Part shown: positions 9,910-19,349 of the stretch, piece after piece | Layout of the letters: every line of letters begins with the position of its first letter | Position numbering within the stretch: position 1 is the stretch's first letter | Origin: an uncultured cyanobacterium | Lineage (GTDB): Bacteria; Cyanobacteriota; Cyanobacteriia; CAKZMO01 | Assembly: GCA_963719515.1 (NCBI GenBank) | Contig: CAVRCJ010000001.1 | Location: 288,001 to 352,000 of the forward strand | Reading direction: 5' to 3' | Length of the DNA stretch: 64,000 nucleotides | The notes under the pieces: generated by a model | Database searches by the model: none | What the model saw: the letters and a program-made list of their open reading frames with translations, nothing else | What the model was told of the DNA's origin: nothing | Made by a program: the position numbers and the translations under genes

Positions 9910-10848
9910 ATGCCGACCCCCGCCTCTACCTCAGCCACCATTCCGCCGTCGCCGCCGGGGTTCCGTTCGGGCTTTGTGGGCATTGTCGGTCGCCCCAATG
10001 TGGGTAAGTCTACCTTAATGAACCGGCTGGTGGGGCAAAAGGTCGCCATCACCTCCCCCGTGGCCCAAACCACCCGCAACCGGCTGCAGGGTATTTTGAC
10101 CCTGCCGGAGGCGCAGATTATCTTTGTCGACACCCCCGGCATCCACAAGCCTCACCACCAGTTGGGTAAGGTGCTGGTGCAAAACGCCCGCACCGCTATT
10201 AATGCCGTAGACCTGGTGGTGCTGACGGTGGACAGCTCAGTTCCCGCCGGACGGGGCGATCGCTTCATTGTGGATCTATTGGCCCAAACGTCGCAGCAGG
10301 TGGTGCTGGGGCTCAACAAGCTCGACCAGCGCAGCGACGAGGGGACAGAGATTAAGGCAACCTATGAGGCGATCGCCAGCGAGCAGGGCTGGCCCCTCAT
10401 CGAGTTTTCTGCCCTCACGGGAAACCAAGTCGACACCCTGCTGAGCCAGCTTGTCGAGCGTCTCGACCCCGGCCCCTATTACTACCCCCCCGATCTGGTC
10501 ACCGACCAGCCGGAGCGCTTCATCATGGGAGAGCTGATTCGCGAGCAGATCTTGCTGCAGACGCGGGAGGAGATCCCCCATTCGGTGGCGATTTCCATTG
10601 ACCGGGTCGACGAGGAGCCCGAGATTACCCGCATTTTGGCGACCATTCACGTGGAGCGGATGTCGCAAAAGGGCATTCTCATCGGCAAGGGCGGCAGCAA
10701 AGCCAAGCAGATTGGCACCGCTGCTCGCGAGCAGATTCAAAAGCTGGTGATGGGCAAGGTCTATTTAGAGCTGTTTGTGCGGGTGCAGGCAAAGTGGCGA
10801 CAGTCTCGCAGTCAGCTGGCGGAGTTCGGCTACCGGACCGAGGAGTAA
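9910..10848 (+). CDS. era: GTPase Era
   Basis: GRPNVGKST, QTTRN, DTPG, NKLD and C-terminal KH domain (ILIGKGG). Confidence 0.97.
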   Translation: MPTPASTSATIPPSPPGFRSGFVGIVGRPNVGKSTLMNRLVGQKVAITSPVAQTTRNRLQGILTLPEAQIIFVDTPGIHKPHHQLGKVLVQNARTAINAVDLVVLTVDSSVPAGRGDRFIVDLLAQTSQQVVLGLNKLDQRSDEGTEIKATYEAIASEQGWPLIEFSALTGNQVDTLLSQLVERLDPGPYYYPPDLVTDQPERFIMGELIREQILLQTREEIPHSVAISIDRVDEEPEITRILATIHVERMSQKGILIGKGGSKAKQIGTAAREQIQKLVMGKVYLELFVRVQAKWRQSRSQLAEFGYRTEE

Positions 10849-10999
10849 GCGTCGCTGGCCGTTTGGTTAGGCTCTATTCGTTACTTGAAGATTGTGGCAG
10901 GCTCGACTTGACTCTCCAGTCGGCTGGAGCTTTTATGGTAGAACTACGCAAATTCGACACATTATTTGCAGGGAGCTGCCTTAAATCGAGGGAAGTATT

Positions 11000-11794
11000 A
11001 TGACACCATCAGTTCAAGCGCCGGTGAAGCTCTACCGAATGTCCCTACCTAACGGGGAATGCCCCTGGGGACGCCGAGCCGTTGACCTATTGAACGAGCA
11101 GAATATTGCTTTTGAAGATCACCTGCTGCGATCGCGGGAGGACGCGGAAGCGTTCAAGGCCAAGCACGAGGTAAGCACCACGCCGCAGGTCTTTTGGGGA
11201 GAGGAGCGTATCGGAGGCTATACCGAGCTAGCGGACCATTTAGGATTCGCTGACCCAGAAGCTGGAGATGAGAAGTCCTACGCCCCGGTGGTGGCTCTTT
11301 TCTCGACCGCAGCGCTGGTGTCCCTGGCCGCTTCCTTGGGAGTCTCTGGCTTCATGGGGGTGGCGCTGTCCATGCTGGCGTCTCTCAAGCTCATGGATCT
11401 CGATGCCTTTGCCCGGAGCTTTGAAAACTACGACTTGATTACCCAGCGCGTCAAGCCCTACGGCAAGCTCTATCCCTTTGCAGAACTGGCCATTGGGCTA
11501 GGCTTTTTGTCCGGCGCTGCGCCCTTGCTGACAGGGGCCGCATCCCTCGCCATCGGGCTGAGCGGCAGTCTCTCGGTCTTCAAGGCGGTCTATCTCGATA
11601 AAAAAGACCTCAACTGCGCCTGCATCGGCGGCAATTCTAAAACGCCGCTGGGGGTGGTAAGCTTCGCCGAAAATGCCATCATGGCCGTAATGGGGGCAAT
11701 CCTGCTGCTGTCGGCGGTGGGGGGAGTAGAGGTCAGCGGCAGGGCAATCGAGGCGACTCCGGGGGTGGCGATCGCCGGTGAGTACAGCCCCTAG
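11000..11794 (+). CDS. glutaredoxin + MauE/DoxX-like membrane domain protein
   Basis: ECPWG, TTPQVF and IGGY glutaredoxin motifs, then TM helices with LNCACIGG. Confidence 0.85.
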   Translation: MTPSVQAPVKLYRMSLPNGECPWGRRAVDLLNEQNIAFEDHLLRSREDAEAFKAKHEVSTTPQVFWGEERIGGYTELADHLGFADPEAGDEKSYAPVVALFSTAALVSLAASLGVSGFMGVALSMLASLKLMDLDAFARSFENYDLITQRVKPYGKLYPFAELAIGLGFLSGAAPLLTGAASLAIGLSGSLSVFKAVYLDKKDLNCACIGGNSKTPLGVVSFAENAIMAVMGAILLLSAVGGVEVSGRAIEATPGVAIAGEYSP

Positions 11795-11803
11795 ATCATT
11801 TCC

Positions 11804-11841
11804 ATAGCTCGCAGCCTATAGCTCGCAGCCTATAGCTCGCA
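11804..11841. repeat. 14-bp tandem repeat (ATAGCTCGCAGCCT x2.7)
   Basis: Directly visible in the intergenic region upstream of the HlyD gene. Confidence 0.85.
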
Positions 11842-11907
11842 CATATCGCCGCGTTGCCCCAAACGCTAACTCGGGAATTCTTGTACTGCCCCGCTTGCCC
11901 TTCTCCT

Positions 11908-13299
11908 ATGACCCAAGACACCGCCCCAGCCCGAGTTCGCCAGACCCGCGCCCAGTTCGTCAACCCAGAAGACTACCTCTCCTATGAGCTGGGCAAAGCC
12001 GTCCGTCAGCTGCCGCCCCTCTATACCCGGCTGCTCGCCGCCAGCATCAGCCTGACCGTCTTTAGCGCGATCGCCTGGGCGCAGTTCAGCAAAATCGATG
12101 AGGTGGCGGTGGCGACGGGGGAGCTGATACCCTCGGCCCAGGTGCGGCCCGTGCGATCGCTAGAAGGTGGGGTGATTGCCGAAATCCTGGTAAAGGAGGG
12201 AGAGATAGTCGCCGCAGGCGACCCCCTCGTGATTCAAGACCAGGCCCTAGCTCAGTCTGACGTGGCGCGGCTGCAAGAGTCTGCAGACGTCGTGCAGCAG
12301 GATATTGACCGCCTGCAGGCGGAGCTGGCGGGAGAGGCTACGGCGGGCAGCCCTTTGCAGGATGAGCTGCTGGCGGCGCGGCTGCAGGCATTTACCGAGC
12401 AGCAGGCGGCCTTAGACAGCGACGTGGCGCGGCTAGCGGCTGCCGTGAGGGAGACAGAAGCCCGGCTGACGCGGCTGCAGCAAAGCTTGCCCAACGCCCA
12501 AAAGCTGCTGCAAAACGCCCGCGATCGCGCCGATAGCCTGGAGGAACTTAGCGCCACGGGAGCCGTTGCCCGGTTTGACTACATCGAGGCTAAAGATCGG
12601 CTCACTGAAGCTGAAGACCGCGCCAGCACCCTGCAGCAGGATATCGCCGCTCAGCAGCAGGCGGTGCAGCAGGCCCAGCAGGCGGTGCAGCAGGCCCAGC
12701 AAGAGCGACTCCGCCTTGTTTCAGAGCGGCGCAGCGACATTCTGACGGAGCTAAACCGCCGCATGGAGGAGATGACTAGTTTTGAAGGGCAGCTTAACCA
12801 GGCGGAGCTGCGGGCAGAGGCCCAGGTGATTACTGCCCCCATTGCCGGCCGGGTCTACAACATCCAGACCACGATGGCGGAGCGCACCACTGAGCCGGGA
12901 GAAGAGCTGCTGTCAATTTTGCCGCAGGAGCAAGAGCTGATCTTAGAAGCAAAGCTGCTCAACCGCGACATTGGCTTTGTGCGGGAGGGCATGCCCGTCA
13001 AGGTGAAGATTGACACCTTTCCATTTCAGGAATTCGGTACGGTGGGCGGCACGGTGCTGCAGGTGAGCCCCAACGCCACTTTAGACCAGCAGCTTGGCCC
13101 CGTGTTTCCTATTCGAATTCGCCTCGATAAGACGGCGATAGTCTTGAGCGATGACTCTTCGACCAGCGCCGCTCAAGCGGTAGAGCTGATTCCCGGCATG
13201 AGCGCCACGGGGGAGGTGGTAACCCGGCGCAAGTCGGTGCTGACGTTTATGCTGGAGCCGATTACCCGCCGCTTTGGCAGCGCCTTTTCGGTGCGGTGA
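11908..13299 (+). CDS. HlyD family secretion periplasmic adaptor subunit
   Basis: One N-terminal TM helix, VKEGEIV lipoyl-like half, long coiled coil, DIGFVREG, FPFQEFG and IPGMSATGEV. ATG 11908 preferred over TTG 11854. Confidence 0.9.
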   Translation: MTQDTAPARVRQTRAQFVNPEDYLSYELGKAVRQLPPLYTRLLAASISLTVFSAIAWAQFSKIDEVAVATGELIPSAQVRPVRSLEGGVIAEILVKEGEIVAAGDPLVIQDQALAQSDVARLQESADVVQQDIDRLQAELAGEATAGSPLQDELLAARLQAFTEQQAALDSDVARLAAAVRETEARLTRLQQSLPNAQKLLQNARDRADSLEELSATGAVARFDYIEAKDRLTEAEDRASTLQQDIAAQQQAVQQAQQAVQQAQQERLRLVSERRSDILTELNRRMEEMTSFEGQLNQAELRAEAQVITAPIAGRVYNIQTTMAERTTEPGEELLSILPQEQELILEAKLLNRDIGFVREGMPVKVKIDTFPFQEFGTVGGTVLQVSPNATLDQQLGPVFPIRIRLDKTAIVLSDDSSTSAAQAVELIPGMSATGEVVTRRKSVLTFMLEPITRRFGSAFSVR

Positions 13300-13334
13300 G
13301 GGTTCCCAAAGGAACCTTCACGGCTTGCGAGGTG

Positions 13335-15491
13335 CTAGGGAATCGCTATCGCCGGAACGCCCTGCGGCGCTGCAGCGGGCCGTCCCTGCTCGACGGCTCC
13401 GCGCGGCGCGTGGACGACCACCATTGAGGTTCCCCAACAGCGGTGAGCAATGGCTTCCGGCAGCCGGCTACTGCTCAGATTGCCACCATAGCGGCGGTAC
13501 TGATCGGGCAATACCAGTAGATCTTGGTTGCTCAGGAGTTCAGAGATACGCCCCGCGGGAGATCCTTCGGCAATTGACCAATCGACGCCTTCGGGAAGAG
13601 CGTCCACCCAAGCGGGGCGCTGACGAGCGCGGGGGCCACTGCGAACTAAGACAACCTTGAGCGGAGCCTTGAGCTGCTCCGAGAGCTGCTGGGCTAGCTC
13701 TATGGAGAGCTGGGCGGCGGCAGAGAGCCGGCGGTCCATAGGCATGGCTAAGACAATCTGCTCTATCGTCTCGAGGGGCTGCGGAAAGCGAGTCACCAGT
13801 ACAGGAATAGACGCCTGCTGAAGAACCCGATCAATCACGCTGCCAAAGGTGCGATTGGCCTTCGACCACCCTTCAGAACCGCGGTGGTTAGATTGCCTCC
13901 AGCCACAGACAATTAGGCTGGCCCGATGCTCAATTCCAGCGCGCACAATGCCCTTGCTGGTGCTGTGGTCAACTCGGGAAATAGTTTGCACATCTACCAC
14001 AGCGCTGTGGGCTAAATCTTCGGCCTCGTCCAGCATACGCTGTTGGGCCATGTGCTGCTGGGGGGAAACAGGACCACGGCGATCGCTAAGGACATTGAGT
14101 GGTAGCAGCGTCCCGGCGGCTTGCTTGGAGAGCAGTATAGCCAGGTTCAGCAAATTGGCCTCGGTTTCCGCGTTAGCTACGGGCACCAAAATACGCTTGC
14201 CCCAGTCTTGGACTGTGGAATCGCTCGCGGCGACAGGCTCCATACGGCTGCCCCAGCGCTGAGTAATCCAGGGAGAGGCAATACAGCTCACCAGAATCAT
14301 GGCGATGACGCCATTCACCGTAGCTTCGTCCACAATTTTGAGGTTATAGGCGACGGTGATGGCCGCTAGGGTAGAGGCGGCTTGGGCTACAGACAAACCA
14401 AATACGGTCATCGAGCTGGCGGGAGACCAGCCGAAGAGCTTTCCAGAGACCCAAGCGGCGATGTACTTACTGAGCAGCTCTGCAGCCACAATAACGCCCG
14501 CTATCAGCAGCGACTTAGGCTCTTTCAAGAGCACCAGCGGGTTTACCAGCATGCCCACCGAGATCAAGAAGAAGGGAACAAACAGGGTATTCCCAATGAA
14601 CTGAATGCGGTTCATCAGCGGGCTGTGGTCGGGAATTTGCTGCGTGATGGCGACACCCACCAGAAAAGCGCCCACAATAGGTTCGATTTCAATCAGACCC
14701 GCAATATAAGACACCACAAACAGCGCCACCAAAACAAAGACGAACTCAGCGCCTTCATCATGGCCAAATTTGACAAAGAACCAGCGCCCTAGGCGAGGCA
14801 GTCCCCACAGGGTCATGACGGTGAATACGATCAGCGAGGGAATGATGAAGAGCCAGAATCCTAGGGTTAACTCGCCAGACTGAGCTTTAACCACGACCGC
14901 CAAAACAAGCAGCGCTAGCACATTCGTAATCAGCGTCCCGCCTAGGGTTGCCGTGACGGGGCGGGCCTTGGTAATCCCCAGCTGACTGAGCAGCGGTAAG
15001 GCGACTAAAGTGTGGGAGGCTAAGCAGGAGGCCACCAGCACCGCCGCGAGCCAGCTATAGCCCGCTAGCAGCATCGCTCCCGTTCCCAAAGCCATGGGAA
15101 CTAGAAAGGTCAACAGGCCAAAGCCAATGGCGGGCTTAGCATTTTGCTTGAGGTCATCCAGGCTCGTTTCCAGGCCACCCAAAAACATAAGAAATAGCAG
15201 CCCTACAGTCCCGAGCAGCACGATGGTTTCATCCCGAGCCAGTAGATTAGCTCCGTAGGGACCAACGGCCATTCCCGCCAGAATCAGGCCGACGATGCCC
15301 GGTAGCCCTAGCCGCTCAAACAGTAGCGGGGCGACCAGCATCATACCTACAATCACTAGGAAAATAGTGACCGGATCGTCGATGGGCAGGCGATCCAAGA
15401 CATCAAACGGCAGGCTGAACGCCGCGGTTGGAGAAGCGCTCAAGCCGCTACAGCGCACCAGAAAAGCAGACATCCATATCAAAGAAGACAT
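13335..15491 (-). CDS. cation:proton antiporter (CPA2) with C-terminal USP-like domains
   Basis: About 12 TM helices, LPGIVGLILAG, EPIVGAFL and FVPFFLISVG, followed by an RILVPVAN USP-like region. Confidence 0.9.
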   Translation of the reverse strand: MSSLIWMSAFLVRCSGLSASPTAAFSLPFDVLDRLPIDDPVTIFLVIVGMMLVAPLLFERLGLPGIVGLILAGMAVGPYGANLLARDETIVLLGTVGLLFLMFLGGLETSLDDLKQNAKPAIGFGLLTFLVPMALGTGAMLLAGYSWLAAVLVASCLASHTLVALPLLSQLGITKARPVTATLGGTLITNVLALLVLAVVVKAQSGELTLGFWLFIIPSLIVFTVMTLWGLPRLGRWFFVKFGHDEGAEFVFVLVALFVVSYIAGLIEIEPIVGAFLVGVAITQQIPDHSPLMNRIQFIGNTLFVPFFLISVGMLVNPLVLLKEPKSLLIAGVIVAAELLSKYIAAWVSGKLFGWSPASSMTVFGLSVAQAASTLAAITVAYNLKIVDEATVNGVIAMILVSCIASPWITQRWGSRMEPVAASDSTVQDWGKRILVPVANAETEANLLNLAILLSKQAAGTLLPLNVLSDRRGPVSPQQHMAQQRMLDEAEDLAHSAVVDVQTISRVDHSTSKGIVRAGIEHRASLIVCGWRQSNHRGSEGWSKANRTFGSVIDRVLQQASIPVLVTRFPQPLETIEQIVLAMPMDRRLSAAAQLSIELAQQLSEQLKAPLKVVLVRSGPRARQRPAWVDALPEGVDWSIAEGSPAGRISELLSNQDLLVLPDQYRRYGGNLSSSRLPEAIAHRCWGTSMVVVHAPRGAVEQGRPAAAPQGVPAIAIP

Positions 15492-15845
15492 CTCTGCTCA
15501 ATCCTTTGGCGATGGGCCAAGAAGTTGTTTAAAAAATCAGGCAGCCACTGGGTTCGAGCTTCCTCCCTAGAGAAGCAGTGGACCCTATCAATTTGAGTAA
15601 AGCTCTGCAGTAGCCCTATTCAGAACGGAGGTCCATTCGAGCAAGGTGGTCGCCATTATTACGCTATTTTCCGGCAGCTGCCTTGGGGAAGCTATCTCTC
15701 TAATGGCAGAATCGCGCCGTATTTGATAGCCGTGAAGCCTCTGCGGTGCGACAGTTGGCGACAATCGGCCCCTCCAACACGACTAAGCCGCATCCTCTAG
15801 TGACGTCCTCCCGACGCTGATGCTACGCATACAGCGCGGGCTTCC

Positions 15846-17055
15846 TCAGTGACTCCCAGCTACTGCTGAGACATTTCCTGAGAGATTAAGGGCTTGATGT
15901 CCCACAGCCCTATTCAATAGGTTGATAGCCGCGTTGTGGTCGCGACAGATCGTTAAGCCGCATGACGGGCAACTATGGACCCGATCGGCCAGCGTCTTTG
16001 GTACCCGCTCACCACAACCCGAGCAATCAATGCTGGTTCCGCGTGGGTTCTCAGCGATGGTCATCTTTCCAGCTTTCGCGGCTTTGAAAGAGCCTATCTC
16101 CAAGAATGTACCCCATGCGGCATCAGCGATTGACTTTGCCAGTCTGGTTCGAGCAAGTCCTTTGATGTTGAGCTTTTCATGAGCGACAACATCGTACTTT
16201 GAGAACAGCCAATCCCACACCTTAGAAAAGAAATCACGACGCTGACGCGATATCTTTAGGTGTAGTTTGGCGATGCGATTCACCTGCTTACGCCAGCGGT
16301 TAGAGCCCTTCTTCTGTCTCGATAGCTGCCGCTGCAGCTTGGATAGCTGCCGCTCTGAGCGTCGAAAGAACTGAGGGATAGGAACGCTCTCACCGTCACT
16401 GGTAACCAAGAAATCCTTCAGCCCAACGTCAACACCGACAGACTTAGCCCTATCGACATCCGGAGTAAGCATCGGAACGGCATTGTTTTCCAGTAACAGG
16501 CTCACATACCAACCATCTGCTTTGCGAGTCACCTTGGCCGTTTTGACAGTAAACCCATCAGGTATCGGGCGATGAAGGATTAGCTTCACCTGGCCAATCT
16601 TAGGCAGGGTAATACGACTTCCATCGATGCAGTCAGGTTTTATCTGCGGGAACGTGAACGTCCTGTAGCGCCCCGCGCCTTTGAACCGAGGCTTGCCGCT
16701 ACGCTTACCGTTTTTATCACCTTTGATGAAACGCTCGAACGTCTGCTTTACCTGCTTCGTCACCTCCTGAAGCGCTTGTGAGTGCAAATCTTTGTACCAG
16801 GGCCGCTCTCGCTTGAGAGGGTACTAGGCTAGCCTTCTGGCTGTAGTAATTAGGATTATCTTTGAGTGGCGCAAGGCTACAGGTGAGTGGGCAGGCGTTG
16901 ACCGAACAGCGGTTCATCTCCCACCAGTCGAAGCGCTCAGCCAGCAACCAGTTGTACTGTGCCCGAAGCATGTCTAGCCATCGGGTCATAGTAACCGTTT
17001 GCTCAGCCGTTGGGCGTAACCTGTACTGATGGGTGATTTTCACTACTGCATCCAA
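15846..17055 (-). pseudogene. tnpB: RNA-guided endonuclease TnpB, +1 frameshift near 16819-16821 (or sequencing error)
   Basis: Two track ORFs join: ...SQKASLVP then, in another frame, LKRERPWYKDLHSQALQ. RuvC residues (VGVDVG, AHEKL, CRDHNAA) and the zinc ribbon are intact. Confidence 0.88.
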
Positions 17056-17096
17056 GTCAGTGATATCATAATAGCATACGCTGATTTCGATGCACC

Positions 17097-17576
17097 ATGA
17101 AAAATGACTTTGTTTCTAACGGTCGCTCAATTTCAGACCTTAAGGCCCATCTGGTTTTGACGACGAAATACTGCCGTAAGGTTTTTACCGAAGAAATGAT
17201 ACGGCGACTTCTAGAGATTGTCGGAGATCTGTGCGAGAAGTGGGACTGCAAGATGATTGAGTTCAACGGAGAGGCCGACCACGTTCATCTGCTGTTTCAG
17301 TATTATCCGCAGATGGAGCTACCCAAGTTCGTCAGTAATTTGAAGTCTGTTTCCAGCCGCAGGCTGAGGTCGGAGTTCGCAGAGCGAGTAGACCAGTTCT
17401 ACTGGCAGTCTGTTCTCTGGAACGAATCGTACTTTATCGCCAGTTGTGGCGGGGTCACTGTCTCTGTGCTGAAACGGTACATTGAGCAGCAGGACGCCCC
17501 GGAGATGGGTGCTTCTGGGGCATTGAACCCCGTCAGCACCCGCGACTCTCATCCCGACGCTCACCCTAGCGGGTAG
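17097..17576 (+). CDS. tnpA: IS200/IS605 Y1 transposase TnpA
   Basis: HLVLTTKY, DHVHLL (HUH motif), LKSVSSR, WNESYF and catalytic Tyr in KRYIEQQ. Confidence 0.95.
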   Translation: MKNDFVSNGRSISDLKAHLVLTTKYCRKVFTEEMIRRLLEIVGDLCEKWDCKMIEFNGEADHVHLLFQYYPQMELPKFVSNLKSVSSRRLRSEFAERVDQFYWQSVLWNESYFIASCGGVTVSVLKRYIEQQDAPEMGASGALNPVSTRDSHPDAHPSG

Positions 17577-18177
17577 ATCGCGGGGCTTCCCGTCTAGCAG
17601 CTAAATGTCCAGCCGCGATCGCCTTCTCAACCATCTCCAGCACCCAAGGCCACAGGGCCGGCGTCCCCACTTCCACCGCCGCCATCCGTCCCATCACCTG
17701 CGCCCGCGTAATCGACTGCCCCCGCCAGGTGCCCCCCGCCGTGTACTGGTTGTGCAAAAACGGCTGAATTCGGTCCAGCGCTGCCGCGAACTGGGCCTCT
17801 GGCGTGCCTTGAGCCTCAAACTCGTCCCACGCTGTCCGAAAAGACTGCGCTAGGTCTGTGGGCAGTAGACCGAACAGCCGGTCCGCGGCCTTCGCCTCCC
17901 GCTCTGCTTTGCCGACGTTGCCCGCTTCGTCGTAGCAAAAGACGTCCCCTGCGTCAATCTCTACGACGTCGTGCAGCAGCAGCATGGTCATGACCCGCTG
18001 TAAATCCACAGGGGTAGGGGCGTATTCTGCCAGTACGAGCGCCATCACCGCGATCTGCCAGGAGTGCTCAGCGCTGTTTTCCCGCCGAGAATCGTCGATC
18101 AGGCGCGTTTGACGTAGGACAGTCTTTAGCTTGTCGAGTTCGGCGATGAACTGGAGCTGCTGGGCGAATCGACTCAT
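17566..18177 (-). CDS. HD domain hydrolase (YfbR/HDDC2-like); last codons supplied by the IS605 left end
   Basis: ENSAEHSW, LLHDVVEIDAGD and AALDRIQP motifs. Confidence 0.9.
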   Translation of the reverse strand: MSRFAQQLQFIAELDKLKTVLRQTRLIDDSRRENSAEHSWQIAVMALVLAEYAPTPVDLQRVMTMLLLHDVVEIDAGDVFCYDEAGNVGKAEREAKAADRLFGLLPTDLAQSFRTAWDEFEAQGTPEAQFAAALDRIQPFLHNQYTAGGTWRGQSITRAQVMGRMAAVEVGTPALWPWVLEMVEKAIAAGHLAARREAPRSTR

Positions 18178-18275
18178 GGGATGGACCCTGTTGGCGTTTT
18201 GGGTACTGTACTACGCTGGAGGCGCTGCAGGCTGGCGTTAAGGTCACGCATGACGTGAGTGGACCCGGCGAAACG

Positions 18276-19196
18276 CTAACCCTTGCACCACTGCTCCACC
18301 TGCTCTAAGAACGCAAACACCGCCGGAGCGTGCATTACCTCCGACAGCGTGGCCGCCGCCAGCGTTCGGGTCAGCGGCTGAGGCAGGTGGCGAACCCTCA
18401 CCGTCTCAGGAATGGGCAGGGCAGCGTAGCGCGGCAAAACGGCCATTCCCAGGCCTTGGGCCACCAGGCTAACAATCATGGCGTCTTCGTTGATTTCGTA
18501 AGCCACCGTCAGAGGCACCTCTGCCTGTTGAAGATACTGCCGCAGCGCCGCGTAGCCGCCATCGTTGGCCGCTGGCATAATCAGGTCATATTGACCCATC
18601 TCCTGCCAGGAAATGGGCTTCTCGTAGCCCAAAGGGGACGGCGGTTCGTTGGAAATACCGGGCGGCAGCAGAGCCACGTAGTCGTCCTCGCAAATGGCGC
18701 AGACCGTCAGCCCCTCGGTGTCATAGATATCCATCAGGCCCACGTCCGCAGTGCGATCGCGGAGGGCTTGGTGAACGCCGTGGTAATCAAAGCACTTAGA
18801 GACCGTGACGTTGAGCTGGGGATGCTGCTGGTGAAATGCCGCTAGCACCGGAGGAAGCCAGTGGGTGGCGAGGCTGCGGATAGAAACGATGCGCACCTGA
18901 CCGGCATCTAGACCCCGCGCCTGGTGGGCGGTTTTTACCACCGCATCGAGGCGCTCTAGAATCGAGTGAATGTCCTGCAGGACAGCTTCCCCCGTGGTGG
19001 TGAGAGTAGCGCCTAGACGCCCGCGAAACAGCAGCTCTACTCCCAAAATTTCTTCTAAGGAGGCGATCGCGTGGCTGACAGACGATTGAGTCACGCCTAG
19101 CTCTAGCGCGGCTCTACCAAAGCTACCGCACTGGGCCACGGCGACAAGGGCTCGAAGCTGAGATAACTTAAGCTTGGAGCTATCAATTTGATTCAT
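18276..19196 (-). CDS. LysR family transcriptional regulator
   Basis: GSFGRAALELGVTQSSVSHAIASLEEILG HTH plus substrate-binding domain. Start set at the second Met. Confidence 0.93.
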   Translation of the reverse strand: MNQIDSSKLKLSQLRALVAVAQCGSFGRAALELGVTQSSVSHAIASLEEILGVELLFRGRLGATLTTTGEAVLQDIHSILERLDAVVKTAHQARGLDAGQVRIVSIRSLATHWLPPVLAAFHQQHPQLNVTVSKCFDYHGVHQALRDRTADVGLMDIYDTEGLTVCAICEDDYVALLPPGISNEPPSPLGYEKPISWQEMGQYDLIMPAANDGGYAALRQYLQQAEVPLTVAYEINEDAMIVSLVAQGLGMAVLPRYAALPIPETVRVRHLPQPLTRTLAAATLSEVMHAPAVFAFLEQVEQWCKG

Positions 19197-19349
19197 GGGG
19201 CCTATCGATGGCGTGGGTTGATGCACCGCGGAAACATCTAATATGGTGTCTCACAATAGCTGTACATCGGGGCCTGCAGGCTCATCGTGCTTACCGAGCT
19301 GCCAGGCCAGTTACCCTCAAACCATCTGTAGCGATATTCTATCCTTGAA

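Larger units (their letters stand above)
15800..17600 (-). mobile_element. IS200/IS605-family element (IS605-type, divergent tnpA/tnpB), 1801 bp, inserted 3' of TTTAG
   Basis: Related subterminal hairpins at both ends (GAAGCCC...AGCGTCGGGA). Right end TCAC at 15800-15803; target TTTAG at 17601-17605 (minus strand). Removing the element restores a plausible HD gene end. Confidence 0.88.
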
